In this document: positions 8,581-18,546 of the stretch, piece after piece
Layout: each line of letters starts with the position of its first letter
Numbering within the stretch: the stretch's first letter is position 1
Assembly (NCBI GenBank): GCA_036445875.1
Contig: JAZFRV010000227.1
Location: forward strand, 1-36,637
Direction of reading: 5' to 3'
Source: Anaerolineales bacterium
Lineage (GTDB): Bacteria > Chloroflexota > Anaerolineae > Anaerolineales > UBA11858
DNA length: 36,637 nucleotides
Notes under the pieces: model-generated
The model's database searches: none
What the model was told of the DNA's origin: nothing
What the model saw: only the letters and a program-made list of their open reading frames with translations
Made by a program: the position numbers and the translations under genes

Positions 8581-11500
8581 ATGGAAAAAAATACCAATCA
8601 AGACAAAAAATCCTGGCTGGATACAACTGCCCTTTCTAATGTAAATATTTCCTGGGAAATAATCATCTTTGGCATCATCATATTGCTCGCTGTAGTCACC
8701 CGATTTTATGATCTGGGTGCGAGAGTAATCAGCCACGATGAGACCTCCCATGTCTACTACTCTTGGAGACTTTTTAAGGGCATGGGGTATAGCCATGATC
8801 CGATCACCCATGGCCCTTTTCAGTTCCATTTTCTTGCCCTGATTTATTTTCTCCTGGGCGACAGCGACTATACTGCCCGAATCCCGGTCGCGCTCACCAG
8901 TGTGGCAACAATAGTGTTCCTCTGGAGATACCGCCGTTATCTCGGAAATTGGGGAACCCTCGCTGCCGCCTTGATGTTCCTGATTTCTCCCTTCATGCTT
9001 TATTACGGGCGATATGTCCGGAACGAATCTTTTACTGCTTTATTTGGCGTGGTGACAATCTGGGCAATCCTGCGCTACCTGGAAACCAACTCTCCGAAAT
9101 TTTTATATTGGCTTACAGCAGCTACAGTACTCCATTTCACCACCAAAGAAACCGCCTTCATCTATACTGCCCAGGCAATGATCTTCTTAGGGTTGGTTTT
9201 CATATCTGATTTATCAAAGCGGGATTGGGAGAAACCCGCTTTAAGGAGACTATTCCAGATTGGATTAATCCTGGCTGGAGTATTCCTAAGTATCAGTTTT
9301 GTGCTCCAATCAATAACTCCTGAATTCCCAATTCCGGATCAGCAGCCAGCAGGCATTGATCCGATGACTGCAATACCATTGGGGCTGGTTGGGATCTTTT
9401 TGTTAGGGTCACTATATTTTGCTCTCCGTGGATTCAGCTGGAAAAATCTTAAGCAGCTGCCATCATTCAGCGCGTTGCTCCTGCTTGGCACGCTGGTTCT
9501 TCCTCAGCTAGCGCCATTTCCTGCTAATATCTTGAATATAAATTCCCTTGATTATTCAACACCGGGAATGATAAAAACCGGTGTGATTATCCTGATATTA
9601 ACAGCCGTCGCTGTCACAGTAGGACTATTATGGAACCGCAAAGAATGGTTGATCAATGTGGCCATCTTTTATATTCCTTTCACAATCCTTTACACGACAG
9701 TCTTCACGAACGGGACTGGATTTTTTACGGGACTGGTCGGATCCCTGGGATATTGGCTGGAACAACAGGTTGTTGAACGCGGCAGCCAGCCCTGGTATTA
9801 CTACTGGCTGATCCAGATACCCATTTATGAATATCTGCCTGCTCTGGGTGCGCTGGCGACTGTGATTGGTGTGGGGATAAAAAGATTAATTACACGCACA
9901 CCAAAACTTGCTGAAAAGAGCTCCACTGAATCCGAAATCCAGGCGCCTGTATTTTTATTATTGGCTTTCTGGTCTCTTACCAGCTTGATCGCTTATCCTC
10001 TGGCGGGAGAAAAAATGCCCTGGCTGACGGTTCATATTGCCTTCCCCTTGATCCTGCTCACTGCCTGGGGTTTCCAGAAATTAATGGCTAAATTGGATTG
10101 GAAATCCTTCTCAGAAAAGAAAGGCTGGCTGGTTATTCTGCTCCTGCTGGTCTTCCTGGTAAGTTTTGCGGGAGTTCTTGGTTCTTCATTGTCATCCAAT
10201 CCTCCCTTTATGGGTCAGGAAATGTTCCAATTGAGGGCTACAGGAAACTTCTTAACTTCCCTGGTAATCACCGCTATCAGCGGATATTTGCTCTGGTCAC
10301 TGGTAAAAACCTGGCAGCCAACTCAGGTCTGGATATCTGCAGCTATATCCGTAATCCTAATCCTGGTGTTTCTTACCACTCATACTGCTGTCCAAGCAGC
10401 ATATATCAATTACGATGATCCCACTGAATACCTGGTATACGCCCACGGGGGAAGAGGGATCAAAGAGGCATTAGCTCAAATTGAAGAACTTTCCTATCGA
10501 ACCAGTGATGGGCTGGCGATGGAAGTCGCTTTTGACAATGAAACCACCTATCCGTACTGGTGGTATCTCAGGAACTATGATAACCAACGCTACTACGCAG
10601 AAAATCCCACCCGGGATCTACGAAACGTACCAGTAATACTTGTCGGCAATGACAACTATGCCAAACTTGAACCAATCATTGGCAATGCCTATTATGAATT
10701 TACATACAACCGGATCGTCTGGCCGAACCAGGATTATTACAATTTAACCTGGGAACGGATTGGCAATGCCCTGTCCAATCCAGATCTGAGGGAAGGTATT
10801 TTCAGAATTTGGCTTATGAGAGATTACCAGAAATATGCTGAGGCGACCAATAAAACAATCACCCTGGCGAATTGGAACCCAGCAGATCAAATGAAACTTT
10901 ATGTTCGCAAGGATATCGCAGCTCGAGTCTGGAATTATGGTTCTCCAGATGTGGAATTCGTGGATATCCTGGCAGATCCCTATGAAGGAAAAGAACTAAC
11001 TCTTTCTGCTGATATCAGCCTGGATCAACTCAACCTGTTAAATCCACGCAACGTGGAGGTAGCCCCGGACGGAACACTATATGTGCTCGACACCGGCAAT
11101 CACAGGGTCCTTCATCTCTCAACTGAGGGAGATATCCTTAATTCCTGGGGAGAATTTGGTACAACAGAATCGGGTGGAGGAGCCGGTGGTTATTTTAACG
11201 AGCCCTGGGGGATAACAATCGGTCCTGATGGAAATATCTTTATCGCGGATACCTGGAATCACCGTATTCAAAAATTTGCGCCTGATGGTGAATTTCTTAC
11301 CAGTTGGGGGAAATTTGGCCAACGGGAAACACCAGATTCTTTCTGGGGTCCAAGAGATGTGGCAGTAGATGAACATGGACATGTCTATGTGTCTGATACC
11401 GGTAATAAACGGATTGTCGTATTTGACATTGATGGTCAATTCCTGACTGAGTTTGGAGATATTGGTTTGGGAGACGGCCAATTTGATGAACCGTCCGGGT

Positions 11501-11880
11501 TAGCCCTGGATGCTGAGGGCAATTTATATGTTGCTGATACCTGGAACCAGCGTATACAGGTGTTCTCACCGGATGCAGACGGAATTGCCCAGTATTTCCT
11601 AATCAAATGGGATCTGGAAGGCTGGTATGGTCAATCTCTTGATAATAAACCTTACCTGACAATAGGATTTGATGGGAACGTATACGTCAGTGATCCTGAA
11701 CTATCCCGGATACTGGTATTCTCACCCACGGGTGAAGTTATCTCCACCTGGGGTACAAATGGGGTAAGCTTAACAAATCTGAATTATGCCGCCGGGCTAA
11801 GTGCGGATAATGATGGCGGCATCTGGGTCAGTGACACTAAGAATAACCGCATCCAGCATTTCCAACCAGAAATACCCTGA
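8581..11880 (+). CDS. Agl23/TIGR03663-like GT-C-fold polytopic membrane protein fused to a six-bladed NHL-repeat beta-propeller
   Basis: 1099 aa. The N-terminal ~600 aa have many TM helices and an early-loop motif ISHDETSHVYYSWRL. The C-terminus (from ~11041) has six NHL-type repeats: DTGNHRVLHL, DTWNHRIQKF, DTGNKRIVVF, DTWNQRIQVF, DPELSRILVF, DTKNNRIQHF. Confidence 0.7.
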   Translation: MEKNTNQDKKSWLDTTALSNVNISWEIIIFGIIILLAVVTRFYDLGARVISHDETSHVYYSWRLFKGMGYSHDPITHGPFQFHFLALIYFLLGDSDYTARIPVALTSVATIVFLWRYRRYLGNWGTLAAALMFLISPFMLYYGRYVRNESFTALFGVVTIWAILRYLETNSPKFLYWLTAATVLHFTTKETAFIYTAQAMIFLGLVFISDLSKRDWEKPALRRLFQIGLILAGVFLSISFVLQSITPEFPIPDQQPAGIDPMTAIPLGLVGIFLLGSLYFALRGFSWKNLKQLPSFSALLLLGTLVLPQLAPFPANILNINSLDYSTPGMIKTGVIILILTAVAVTVGLLWNRKEWLINVAIFYIPFTILYTTVFTNGTGFFTGLVGSLGYWLEQQVVERGSQPWYYYWLIQIPIYEYLPALGALATVIGVGIKRLITRTPKLAEKSSTESEIQAPVFLLLAFWSLTSLIAYPLAGEKMPWLTVHIAFPLILLTAWGFQKLMAKLDWKSFSEKKGWLVILLLLVFLVSFAGVLGSSLSSNPPFMGQEMFQLRATGNFLTSLVITAISGYLLWSLVKTWQPTQVWISAAISVILILVFLTTHTAVQAAYINYDDPTEYLVYAHGGRGIKEALAQIEELSYRTSDGLAMEVAFDNETTYPYWWYLRNYDNQRYYAENPTRDLRNVPVILVGNDNYAKLEPIIGNAYYEFTYNRIVWPNQDYYNLTWERIGNALSNPDLREGIFRIWLMRDYQKYAEATNKTITLANWNPADQMKLYVRKDIAARVWNYGSPDVEFVDILADPYEGKELTLSADISLDQLNLLNPRNVEVAPDGTLYVLDTGNHRVLHLSTEGDILNSWGEFGTTESGGGAGGYFNEPWGITIGPDGNIFIADTWNHRIQKFAPDGEFLTSWGKFGQRETPDSFWGPRDVAVDEHGHVYVSDTGNKRIVVFDIDGQFLTEFGDIGLGDGQFDEPSGLALDAEGNLYVADTWNQRIQVFSPDADGIAQYFLIKWDLEGWYGQSLDNKPYLTIGFDGNVYVSDPELSRILVFSPTGEVISTWGTNGVSLTNLNYAAGLSADNDGGIWVSDTKNNRIQHFQPEIP

Positions 11881-11900
11881 TAAACATGGTATTCAATAAT

Positions 11901-11932
11901 CTCCCATTATCCTGATATCCTGGTGATGGGAG
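11901..11932 (+). terminator. Terminator candidate after the 1099-aa gene
   Basis: CTCCCAT (11901-11907) pairs with ATGGGAG (11926-11932), followed by GTTTTATTAT. The loop is long (18 nt), which lowers confidence. Confidence 0.4.
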
Positions 11933-12051
11933 GTTTTATTATCAGTAAGAATTTCCCTCATAATCACATCTAATACCATGATATTTCTGGCAGTCAATAT
12001 ACTGCCAGGTGAATGGTTTAAATAGAATTCAATAGAGTTTGTGGAGAAAAC

Positions 12052-13023
12052 ATGGATAAAGGACCAACCCTTAAAATCACTCCTGAAAAACAATATGCCA
12101 CCAGGAAGGAATTTATCAAAGCCCTTGGCATCGCTGGCATGAGCGCAGCGGTTCTGGCTGCCTGTAAGGAAAAACCATTCGTCTTGGGAGATGAAATCCC
12201 AGGAGAGACAGCCATTGTCAGTGATTCAGGTGCTGCCCCGGTGGTTGGAAGCTCAACTGATGAACTTGGTGATCCTTTGACTGCTTATGATAATGTGATC
12301 AACTATAACAACTTCTATGAATTCACCACAGATAAAGAAGGTGTAGCACGATTGGCGAAAAATTATCAAACTTCCCCCTGGGAAGTGAAAATCGGTGGCC
12401 TGGTGGAAAACCCTCAGACTTTATCCATCGATGAAATTCGACGCCACTACATCACAGAAGAACGAATTTACCGGATGAGATGTGTAGAAGGTTGGTCGAT
12501 GGTAATCCCCTGGCAGGGATTTCCACTTTCTGCATTACTTGAAGATGTCAAACCTACATCCGAAGCCAAATACGTCAGATTTGAATCAGTCTATGATCCC
12601 GTAGAACTTCCCGGTCAAAAGAATATATTTTATCCCTGGCCATACATAGAAGCACTCCGACTGGATGAGGCCTACAATGATCTGGCCATCATCGCAACCG
12701 GGTTATATGGTAAAGATTTGCTCCCCCAGAACGGTGCCCCGATCCGCCTGGTTGTTCCCTGGAAATATGGCTTTAAAAGTATAAAATCAATTACAAAAAT
12801 AGACCTGGTTTCAGAAATGCCGGTTTCCCTCTGGATGGATTCCGCACCGAATGAATATGGTTTTTACGCCAATGTCAATCCTGACCTGGATCACCCACGT
12901 TGGTCGCAAGCCACAGAACGCCGGATAGGGGAAATATCCCGCCGTGATAGTCTTTTATTTAATGGATATGAAACAGAGGTAGCAAGTTTATATGAAGGCA
13001 TGGATCTCGAAAAATTTTTCTAA
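12052..13023 (+). CDS. msrP: Protein-methionine-sulfoxide reductase catalytic subunit MsrP (YedY, molybdopterin-dependent)
   Basis: 323 aa. YNNFYEFTTDK...SPW, MRCVEGWSMVIPWQGFPL and NGAPIRLVVPWKYGFKSIKSI are hallmark YedY/MsrP blocks. The N-terminus TRKEFIKALGIAGMSAAVLAAC looks like a Tat-type signal with RK in place of RR, plus a lipobox. Confidence 0.85.
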   Translation: MDKGPTLKITPEKQYATRKEFIKALGIAGMSAAVLAACKEKPFVLGDEIPGETAIVSDSGAAPVVGSSTDELGDPLTAYDNVINYNNFYEFTTDKEGVARLAKNYQTSPWEVKIGGLVENPQTLSIDEIRRHYITEERIYRMRCVEGWSMVIPWQGFPLSALLEDVKPTSEAKYVRFESVYDPVELPGQKNIFYPWPYIEALRLDEAYNDLAIIATGLYGKDLLPQNGAPIRLVVPWKYGFKSIKSITKIDLVSEMPVSLWMDSAPNEYGFYANVNPDLDHPRWSQATERRIGEISRRDSLLFNGYETEVASLYEGMDLEKFF

Positions 13024-13636
13024 GTACTGGAACGAATATAAACGCCCCCTGGGCACTATACTCCATCCTCTGTCACATGTTGGATCTTCGATACCCTTCC
13101 TGATTGGTTTATGGGATTTCTGGCAGAACAACCTGGGGGTAAATCCGATCGCAGAAATTACTCACCGGACTGGAAAGACTGCCATTATCTTATTGATGTT
13201 ATCCCTGGCAATTTCCCCTCTCCGGCTGTTATTAAGTTGGCCTCAGATTAACAAACTAAGACGGCCATTTGGATTGTGGTCCTTTGCCTATGCCACAGCC
13301 CATTTTTCAACTTTCGTGATCCTGGATTATGGATTAAATTGGCAGGCAATTCTTGATGAGATATTGCACCGGAAATTTATCATCCTCGGGTTCACAACTG
13401 GTGTAATCTTGTTAACTTTGGCAATCACATCCTTTAAGATATTCCTTAAAAAGATGGGGAAACGCTGGAAAAAACTCCACAGATTAGTTTATGTAGCTGG
13501 AATCCTGGCCTCAATCCACTTCATCCTTGCGGTAAAGCCAGGCGTATTACGTCCTTGGCCTTATGCGGCGGTGATGCTGATCCTGCTTGTCTTCCGCTTA
13601 TCCCCGGTTCAGACTTGGGTGAAAAAACGGTTATAG
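12992..13636 (+). CDS. msrQ: MsrQ (YedZ) heme-b membrane subunit, ferric-reductase-like
   Basis: 214 aa with about six TM helices and conserved His residues (THRTGK, ATAHFSTF, LHRLVY, SIHF). Overlaps msrP by 32 nt. The true start could be further downstream. Confidence 0.75.
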   Translation: MKAWISKNFSKYWNEYKRPLGTILHPLSHVGSSIPFLIGLWDFWQNNLGVNPIAEITHRTGKTAIILLMLSLAISPLRLLLSWPQINKLRRPFGLWSFAYATAHFSTFVILDYGLNWQAILDEILHRKFIILGFTTGVILLTLAITSFKIFLKKMGKRWKKLHRLVYVAGILASIHFILAVKPGVLRPWPYAAVMLILLVFRLSPVQTWVKKRL

Positions 13637-13742
13637 GTACAGGAAAGAATCGGACTGCAAATTCCTGAATTTTTTAATCATATTTATTGCAGGATGCTCA
13701 TCACATTTCCTTTTTGCCCTGGCAAAGTGGAACCTCTCTGCA

Positions 13743-13751
13743 TGGTATAAT
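13743..13751 (+). promoter_or_regulatory. Extended -10 promoter element (TGGTATAAT) upstream of sucC
   Basis: TGGTATAAT at 13743-13751, 49 nt upstream of the sucC ATG. GGGAG RBS at 13785-13789. No convincing -35 box. Confidence 0.45.
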
Positions 13752-13799
13752 CTCCGCGGTTAAGCTTTTTCCCAGCAGATAATTGGGAGCGGAAAATAT

Positions 13800-14933
13800 A
13801 TGAAACTTCACGAGTATTATTCCAAAAAGCGGTTCGCAGAATACGGGATCCCGATTCCAAAAGGCGAGATTGCTGAATCTCCCCAGGAAGCCCAGAAAAT
13901 AGCCAAAAAACTTGCCGGTCCGGTGGTCATAAAATCCCAGGTCCTGGTAGGGGGCCGAGGGAAAGCAGGGGGAATCAAACTAGCACAAGATCCCAAAGAG
14001 GCTTTTCAACACGCTAAAGACATTCTGAAACTGACTATTAAAGATCTCCCGGTTCGCAAGGTCCTGGTTGACCAAGCAGCAGACATCAAGGATGAAATCT
14101 ACCTGGGGATCACAAATGACCGCTCTGCCCGAAAACCGGTCATCATGGCCTCAGCTGAGGGGGGAGTGGACATCGAAGAAGTTGCCCATAAAACCCCCGA
14201 AAAAATCATCAAATGCCATATTGATCCTTTGTTGGGATTACAGAGTTACCAATCCCGCGACCTGGCAGCTGGAATTGATCTCTCCCGGGATCATTGGAGA
14301 GTTTTCGGAAAAATCGCCCAGGGTCTCTGGCAGGCCTACATCGGAAGTGATGCCACCCTGGCAGAAATCAATCCCCTGGTCGTCACTGGAGAAGGAGAGC
14401 TTCTGGCAGTTGATGGAAAGATGGTCCTGGATGACAATGCCCTCTTCCGCCATCCTGATTTAGAGAAATTCAGGGATCTGGATATCGACAAAAAAACAGA
14501 AATTAAAGCCCGTGAATACGGGTTATCGTTTATCCAGTTAGGTGGAAATATTGGCTGCATGGTTAATGGCGCTGGATTAGCGATGACAACTATGGATATC
14601 ATCAAGCTATTTGGTGGAGAACCGGCAAATTTCCTGGACATTGGCGGGGGAGCAAGCTCGGAGAAGGTTGCCGCTGCCCTGGAGATAATTCTTTCAGATT
14701 CCAATATTAAAGTGATTTTATTTAATATATTTGGCGGAATTACCCGCTGCGATCTGGTCGCCAAGGGCATCCTGGAAGCATTAAAACATGTTAAGACTGA
14801 TGTTTCCATGGTTGTCAGGCTGGAAGGGACCAACGCAGCAGAAGGACGTCAGCTGCTAAAGGATGCATCAATGGAAACCGCTGACACATTGGCAGAGGCT
14901 GCCAAGATGGCTGTTGCTGCAGCCAAAGAGTAG
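13800..14933 (+). CDS. sucC: Succinyl-CoA synthetase (ADP-forming) beta subunit
   Basis: 377 aa. ATP-grasp N-terminus [20 protein letters not shown]...[18 protein letters not shown] and CoA-ligase domain [18 protein letters not shown]...[10 protein letters not shown]. Confidence 0.92.
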   Translation: MKLHEYYSKKRFAEYGIPIPKGEIAESPQEAQKIAKKLAGPVVIKSQVLVGGRGKAGGIKLAQDPKEAFQHAKDILKLTIKDLPVRKVLVDQAADIKDEIYLGITNDRSARKPVIMASAEGGVDIEEVAHKTPEKIIKCHIDPLLGLQSYQSRDLAAGIDLSRDHWRVFGKIAQGLWQAYIGSDATLAEINPLVVTGEGELLAVDGKMVLDDNALFRHPDLEKFRDLDIDKKTEIKAREYGLSFIQLGGNIGCMVNGAGLAMTTMDIIKLFGGEPANFLDIGGGASSEKVAAALEIILSDSNIKVILFNIFGGITRCDLVAKGILEALKHVKTDVSMVVRLEGTNAAEGRQLLKDASMETADTLAEAAKMAVAAAKE

Positions 14934-14963
14934 ACCAGAAAAACAAAAACTCAGGAGAAAAGC

Positions 14964-15824
14964 ATGAGCATCCTTGTTAACAAAAAGACCCGCCTTCTTG
15001 TCCAGGGAATTACTGGTAAGGAGGGTTTATTTCACACCGAAAAGATGATTAATTATGGAACCCGAGTAGTCGCTGGAGTCACACCTGGAAAAGGCGGCGA
15101 ATGGGTAATGAATGGAAAAGTTCCAGTATTCGATTCAGTAAAGATCGCTAAAAATGCCACAGGCGCAAACACATCGGTGATTTTTGTTCCCGCCCGGTTC
15201 GCTGCAGATGCCATATTTGAAGCAGCAGATTCAGGTGTTGAATTAATTATCTGCATCACAGAGGGAGTTCCAGTGCATGATATGATGCGGGTCAGGAATT
15301 ATCTGGATCAGAAGGATGTCCGTCTGATAGGTCCCAACTGTCCCGGGCTGCTTACCCCCTCAGAAGCCAAAGTAGGTATCATTCCCGGAAATATTGCAAT
15401 CCCGGGTAATATTGGTGTTGTGTCCCGGTCAGGCACATTAACTTATGAAATACTATTTGCACTGAAAAATCTCCAGCTGGGTGTGTCCACTTGTGTCGGT
15501 ATTGGAGGAGATCCAATCAACGGAACCAACTTTATTGATACCCTAATGTTGTTCCAGGAAGATCCCGATACTGAAAAAATTGTTATGATTGGCGAAATTG
15601 GCGGAACCGATGAAGAGCAAGCAGCAGAATATATATCCGACCATGTTACAAAACCTGTGGCAGCCTTCATTGCCGGCCGAACTGCCCCTCCCGGAAAACG
15701 GATGGGACACGCAGGAGCTATTGTCCAGGGTGGCACGGGATTGGCAGAAGATAAAATTAAAGCCCTGAAAAAAGCCCGGGTAAAGGTTGCCAAACACCCG
15801 GAAGAAATCCCATCCCTACTGTGA
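14964..15824 (+). CDS. sucD: Succinyl-CoA synthetase alpha subunit
   Basis: 286 aa. [29 protein letters not shown] and the phosphohistidine loop MGHAGAIV. Confidence 0.92.
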   Translation: MSILVNKKTRLLVQGITGKEGLFHTEKMINYGTRVVAGVTPGKGGEWVMNGKVPVFDSVKIAKNATGANTSVIFVPARFAADAIFEAADSGVELIICITEGVPVHDMMRVRNYLDQKDVRLIGPNCPGLLTPSEAKVGIIPGNIAIPGNIGVVSRSGTLTYEILFALKNLQLGVSTCVGIGGDPINGTNFIDTLMLFQEDPDTEKIVMIGEIGGTDEEQAAEYISDHVTKPVAAFIAGRTAPPGKRMGHAGAIVQGGTGLAEDKIKALKKARVKVAKHPEEIPSLL

Positions 15825-15829
15825 CAAAA

Positions 15830-15851
15830 AGTCTGCCCAATAAGGCAGACT
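15830..15851. terminator. Bidirectional terminator between sucD and acpP
   Basis: AGTCTGCC (15830-15837) pairs with GGCAGACT (15844-15851) across a 6-nt loop. It is followed by TCTTTTCATTTT on the plus strand and preceded by an A run (a T run on the minus strand). Confidence 0.7.
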
Positions 15852-15881
15852 TCTTTTCATTTTCAAAGTAGAAATTTCAGG

Positions 15882-16115
15882 TTATTGTTTTTCTTCAAGA
15901 AATTGAACAGCATCACCAACAGTGGTAATCTTTTGGGCATCTTCATCGGAGATCTCCCCCCCGAACTCATCTTCAAATTCCATAATCAATTCCACCAAGT
16001 CAAGGGAATCCGCCTCCAGATCCTCCCGGAATCGAGCTTCTTTTGTCACCTTAGCCGGATCAACTGCCAGCAATTCAATAATAATAGTCTTGACTTGCTC
16101 AAATGTGTCTGCCAT
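15882..16115 (-). CDS. acpP: Acyl carrier protein
   Basis: 77 aa. Phosphopantetheine attachment motif [29 protein letters not shown] 8 nt upstream. Confidence 0.9.
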   Translation of the reverse strand: MADTFEQVKTIIIELLAVDPAKVTKEARFREDLEADSLDLVELIMEFEDEFGGEISDEDAQKITTVGDAVQFLEEKQ

Positions 16116-16262
16116 GATGGCTCCTCCTTGGCTCCAAATATAATGATTCTATGATATCTTAATAAACAATTTTAATGAGCTTTCGTTTCGTATTCCAGTT
16201 TGAGCTTATTGTAACCTCAGGAAGGGAGATGTCAAGGTTCTCTCAACCTGGCTGAACCTCTG

Positions 16263-16291
16263 TTGACACCCTCAAGCGTGACTGATACCAT
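16263..16291 (+). promoter_or_regulatory. Sigma70-type promoter candidate for fni and the polyprenyl synthase
   Basis: TTGACA (16263-16268), 17-nt spacer, TACCAT (16286-16291). It ends 22 nt upstream of the fni ATG. Confidence 0.5.
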
Positions 16292-16312
16292 ACCTGCATC
16301 ACAAGGTCTTTT

Positions 16313-17353
16313 ATGTCAAAAAAGAACTCCTCCACCAGCAGCAGAAAAGCAGACCATATCCGTATAAATCTCGACCATGATCTTCGGTCCGGCATAACTA
16401 CCGGATTGGAATATTATCGCTTTACTCACCAGGCTCTACCTGAACTGAATCTGGAAGATGTTAAACTCGAATTATCCCTATTTGGAAAAGAACTCTCCGC
16501 TCCTCTGTTTATCTCCTCGATGACAGGTGGTACTGAAAAAGCCAGCAGCATTAATCGGAATTTGGCTGCAGCCGCTCAGGAAACCGGGATTCCGATGGGT
16601 ATTGGATCACAAAGAGCTGCTCTGGAAGACTCCAGTTTACAGGGAACTTTTCAAGTTCGGCAGATTGCCCCGGACATTCTCCTTTTTGCCAACCTGGGAG
16701 CAGTCCAGTTGAATTATGGGTTAAGTGTGGATGACTGCCGCCGCGCTGTAGATATGATCGAAGCGGATGCGTTGATTTTGCACTTAAATCCGCTCATGGA
16801 AGCGGTTATGCCCGATGGGGATACCCGCTTTGCCGGCCTGTTGGGAAAAATCGAAAATACGTGTAAGACCCTGGAAGTTCCAGTAATTGTCAAAGAAGTC
16901 GGCTATGGCTTTTCGAACCAGGCAGCAGCTCAGCTGCATAACGCCGGAGTAAAAGCCCTGGACATTGCCGGCGCGGGGGGTACATCCTGGACCGAGGTAG
17001 AAATGCATCGGGCGGAAACAGATCATCAGAGAAAAATTGCCTCTGCGTTTGCAGATTGGGGAATCCCAACTGCGGAAACCATACAATCTGTCCATAAAGC
17101 TGTTCCAGATTTAGTTCTATTTGCCTCTGGGGGTTTACGTAATGGAGTGGATCTAAGTAAATGTATAGCTCTCGGTGCAACGATGGGTGGAATAGCTGGG
17201 CCATTCTTAAAATCTGCTGTGAACTCATCCCAGGCTGTTATCAATGAAATCAACCGGGTGAAAAAAGAGATTCAAATCAGTATGTTCGCCGCTGGTGCCG
17301 GAGATATGAATACTCTCGCTGAAATCCAATTACATAAGAACAACCCCTCATGA
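16313..17353 (+). CDS. fni: Type 2 (FMN-dependent) isopentenyl-diphosphate delta-isomerase
   Basis: 346 aa. [26 protein letters not shown] and SGGLRNGVD are typical IDI-2 TIM-barrel motifs. Confidence 0.88.
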   Translation: MSKKNSSTSSRKADHIRINLDHDLRSGITTGLEYYRFTHQALPELNLEDVKLELSLFGKELSAPLFISSMTGGTEKASSINRNLAAAAQETGIPMGIGSQRAALEDSSLQGTFQVRQIAPDILLFANLGAVQLNYGLSVDDCRRAVDMIEADALILHLNPLMEAVMPDGDTRFAGLLGKIENTCKTLEVPVIVKEVGYGFSNQAAAQLHNAGVKALDIAGAGGTSWTEVEMHRAETDHQRKIASAFADWGIPTAETIQSVHKAVPDLVLFASGGLRNGVDLSKCIALGATMGGIAGPFLKSAVNSSQAVINEINRVKKEIQISMFAAGAGDMNTLAEIQLHKNNPS

Positions 17354-18375
17354 AGGAAATATCCAAATTCTCAACATTTGCTGAAAAAACCAGGCCTGGT
17401 TTAAGAGAGCAGTTAAGAGTAGCTATCACCTCCTCGGCGGATCATGGTACCTCTGCCCTGCAGGAAATGATCACCTACCAGTTGGGTTGGAGTGGAGAAA
17501 ATGCTGGTCCCAAAGCAGAAGGAAAACATATTCGACCCCTATTAGTTCTCCTGGCAGCCGAAGCCTCCGGAGGAGAATGGCAGTCGGCATTGCCTGCTGC
17601 TGCAGCTGTAGAATTAATTCATAATTTTTCCCTCATCCATGATGATATCGAGGATAGTGGCACTCTAAGGCGGGGAAGACCCACGGTTTGGAAAGTGTGG
17701 GGCGTAGCCCAGGCAATCAATACTGGTGATACCATGTTTGCTCTCGCCAATTTATCTTTGATGAATTTGGAAGAATCTCTATCAGTTGATACTGCCCTGC
17801 AGGTAAGTAAAATATTCCATACCACCTGTTTGCGTCTCACCCAAGGACAGCACCTGGATATTCTTTTTGAGGATCTGGATATGGTCTCCTTAGAAGAGTA
17901 CTGGCAAATGGTGGGCGGCAAAACAGCCGCGTTGCTGGCCTTTAGCCTGGAAGCAGGAGCTCTCTGCGGCGTAGTCCCCCAAGATATTCAAGCTAATTAC
18001 CATGACTTCGGGCACTATCTGGGTCTTGCATTCCAGGCCCAGGATGATATTTTAGGAATTTGGGGAAATCAGGATCAAATTGGCAAATCAAATACCGGGG
18101 ATCTGGTCACGGGCAAGAAGACCCTCCCGATTCTGTACGGATTGACTCAAAAGAAAGGGTTTTATGAACGCTGGACAGAAGGATCAATTACCAGTGAAGA
18201 AGCAGTAAATTTGAGTGCGATCCTGGAAGCTGAAGGGGCTCGTGCCTATGCGCAAAACACTGCTGATCAATTGACAAACCTTGCCCTGGCTGCCCTGGAA
18301 AAAGCTCAACCCCAAGGGGAATCCGGTCAGATACTACGGGAATTGGCCAATAAACTCCTCAACCGTCAAGAATAA
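17350..18375 (+). CDS. Polyprenyl diphosphate synthase (probably geranylgeranyl-PP synthase type)
   Basis: 341 aa. First and second Asp-rich motifs LIHDDIED and [13 protein letters not shown] start/stop overlap with fni. Confidence 0.85.
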   Translation: MKEISKFSTFAEKTRPGLREQLRVAITSSADHGTSALQEMITYQLGWSGENAGPKAEGKHIRPLLVLLAAEASGGEWQSALPAAAAVELIHNFSLIHDDIEDSGTLRRGRPTVWKVWGVAQAINTGDTMFALANLSLMNLEESLSVDTALQVSKIFHTTCLRLTQGQHLDILFEDLDMVSLEEYWQMVGGKTAALLAFSLEAGALCGVVPQDIQANYHDFGHYLGLAFQAQDDILGIWGNQDQIGKSNTGDLVTGKKTLPILYGLTQKKGFYERWTEGSITSEEAVNLSAILEAEGARAYAQNTADQLTNLALAALEKAQPQGESGQILRELANKLLNRQE

Positions 18376-18494
18376 TTATTACCTCAATATACCCCTTCAA
18401 GTACGCCAATTTATCTTGCCGCTATCATTATTTTCAGCCCATATCTGCTGAATATATCTGGACCATTTCAGTCTCTATCAATCCCTCTGGCATC

Positions 18495-18503
18495 TGGTAT
18501 AAT
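18495..18503 (+). promoter_or_regulatory. Extended -10 promoter element (TGGTATAAT) upstream of the LysM protein gene
   Basis: TGGTATAAT at 18495-18503, 44 nt upstream of the ATG at 18547. It is the same 9-mer as the one upstream of sucC. Confidence 0.4.
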
Positions 18504-18546
18504 TGCCGCAGTCAATTGCCAGAATAAAACTAAAAAGAGTGACTTC

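Noticed and set aside
8251-8829. 192-aa minus-strand ORF
   Set aside because: It lies antisense across the rluB 3' half and the start of the 1099-aa gene. Both of those have strong family motifs, so this is a typical shadow ORF.
11041-11877. NHL repeats, and the PT-rich stretches at 18790-18900 and 19265-19330, as nucleotide-level tandem repeats
   Set aside because: The repetition is at the protein-motif level only. The DNA copies are diverged and there are no exact tandem units, so these are not reported as repeat features.
11881-12051. Possible Moco riboswitch upstream of the molybdoenzyme gene msrP
   Set aside because: The spacer is short (171 nt), and I could not find the conserved Moco-motif stems or loops. 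It holds only a terminator-like hairpin and one simple 8-bp hairpin.
14336-14833. 165-aa minus-strand ORF, and similar antisense ORFs at 15443-15797
   Set aside because: These lie antisense to sucC and sucD, which are unambiguous. The composition is Pro/Ser/Arg-rich, typical of a reverse frame.
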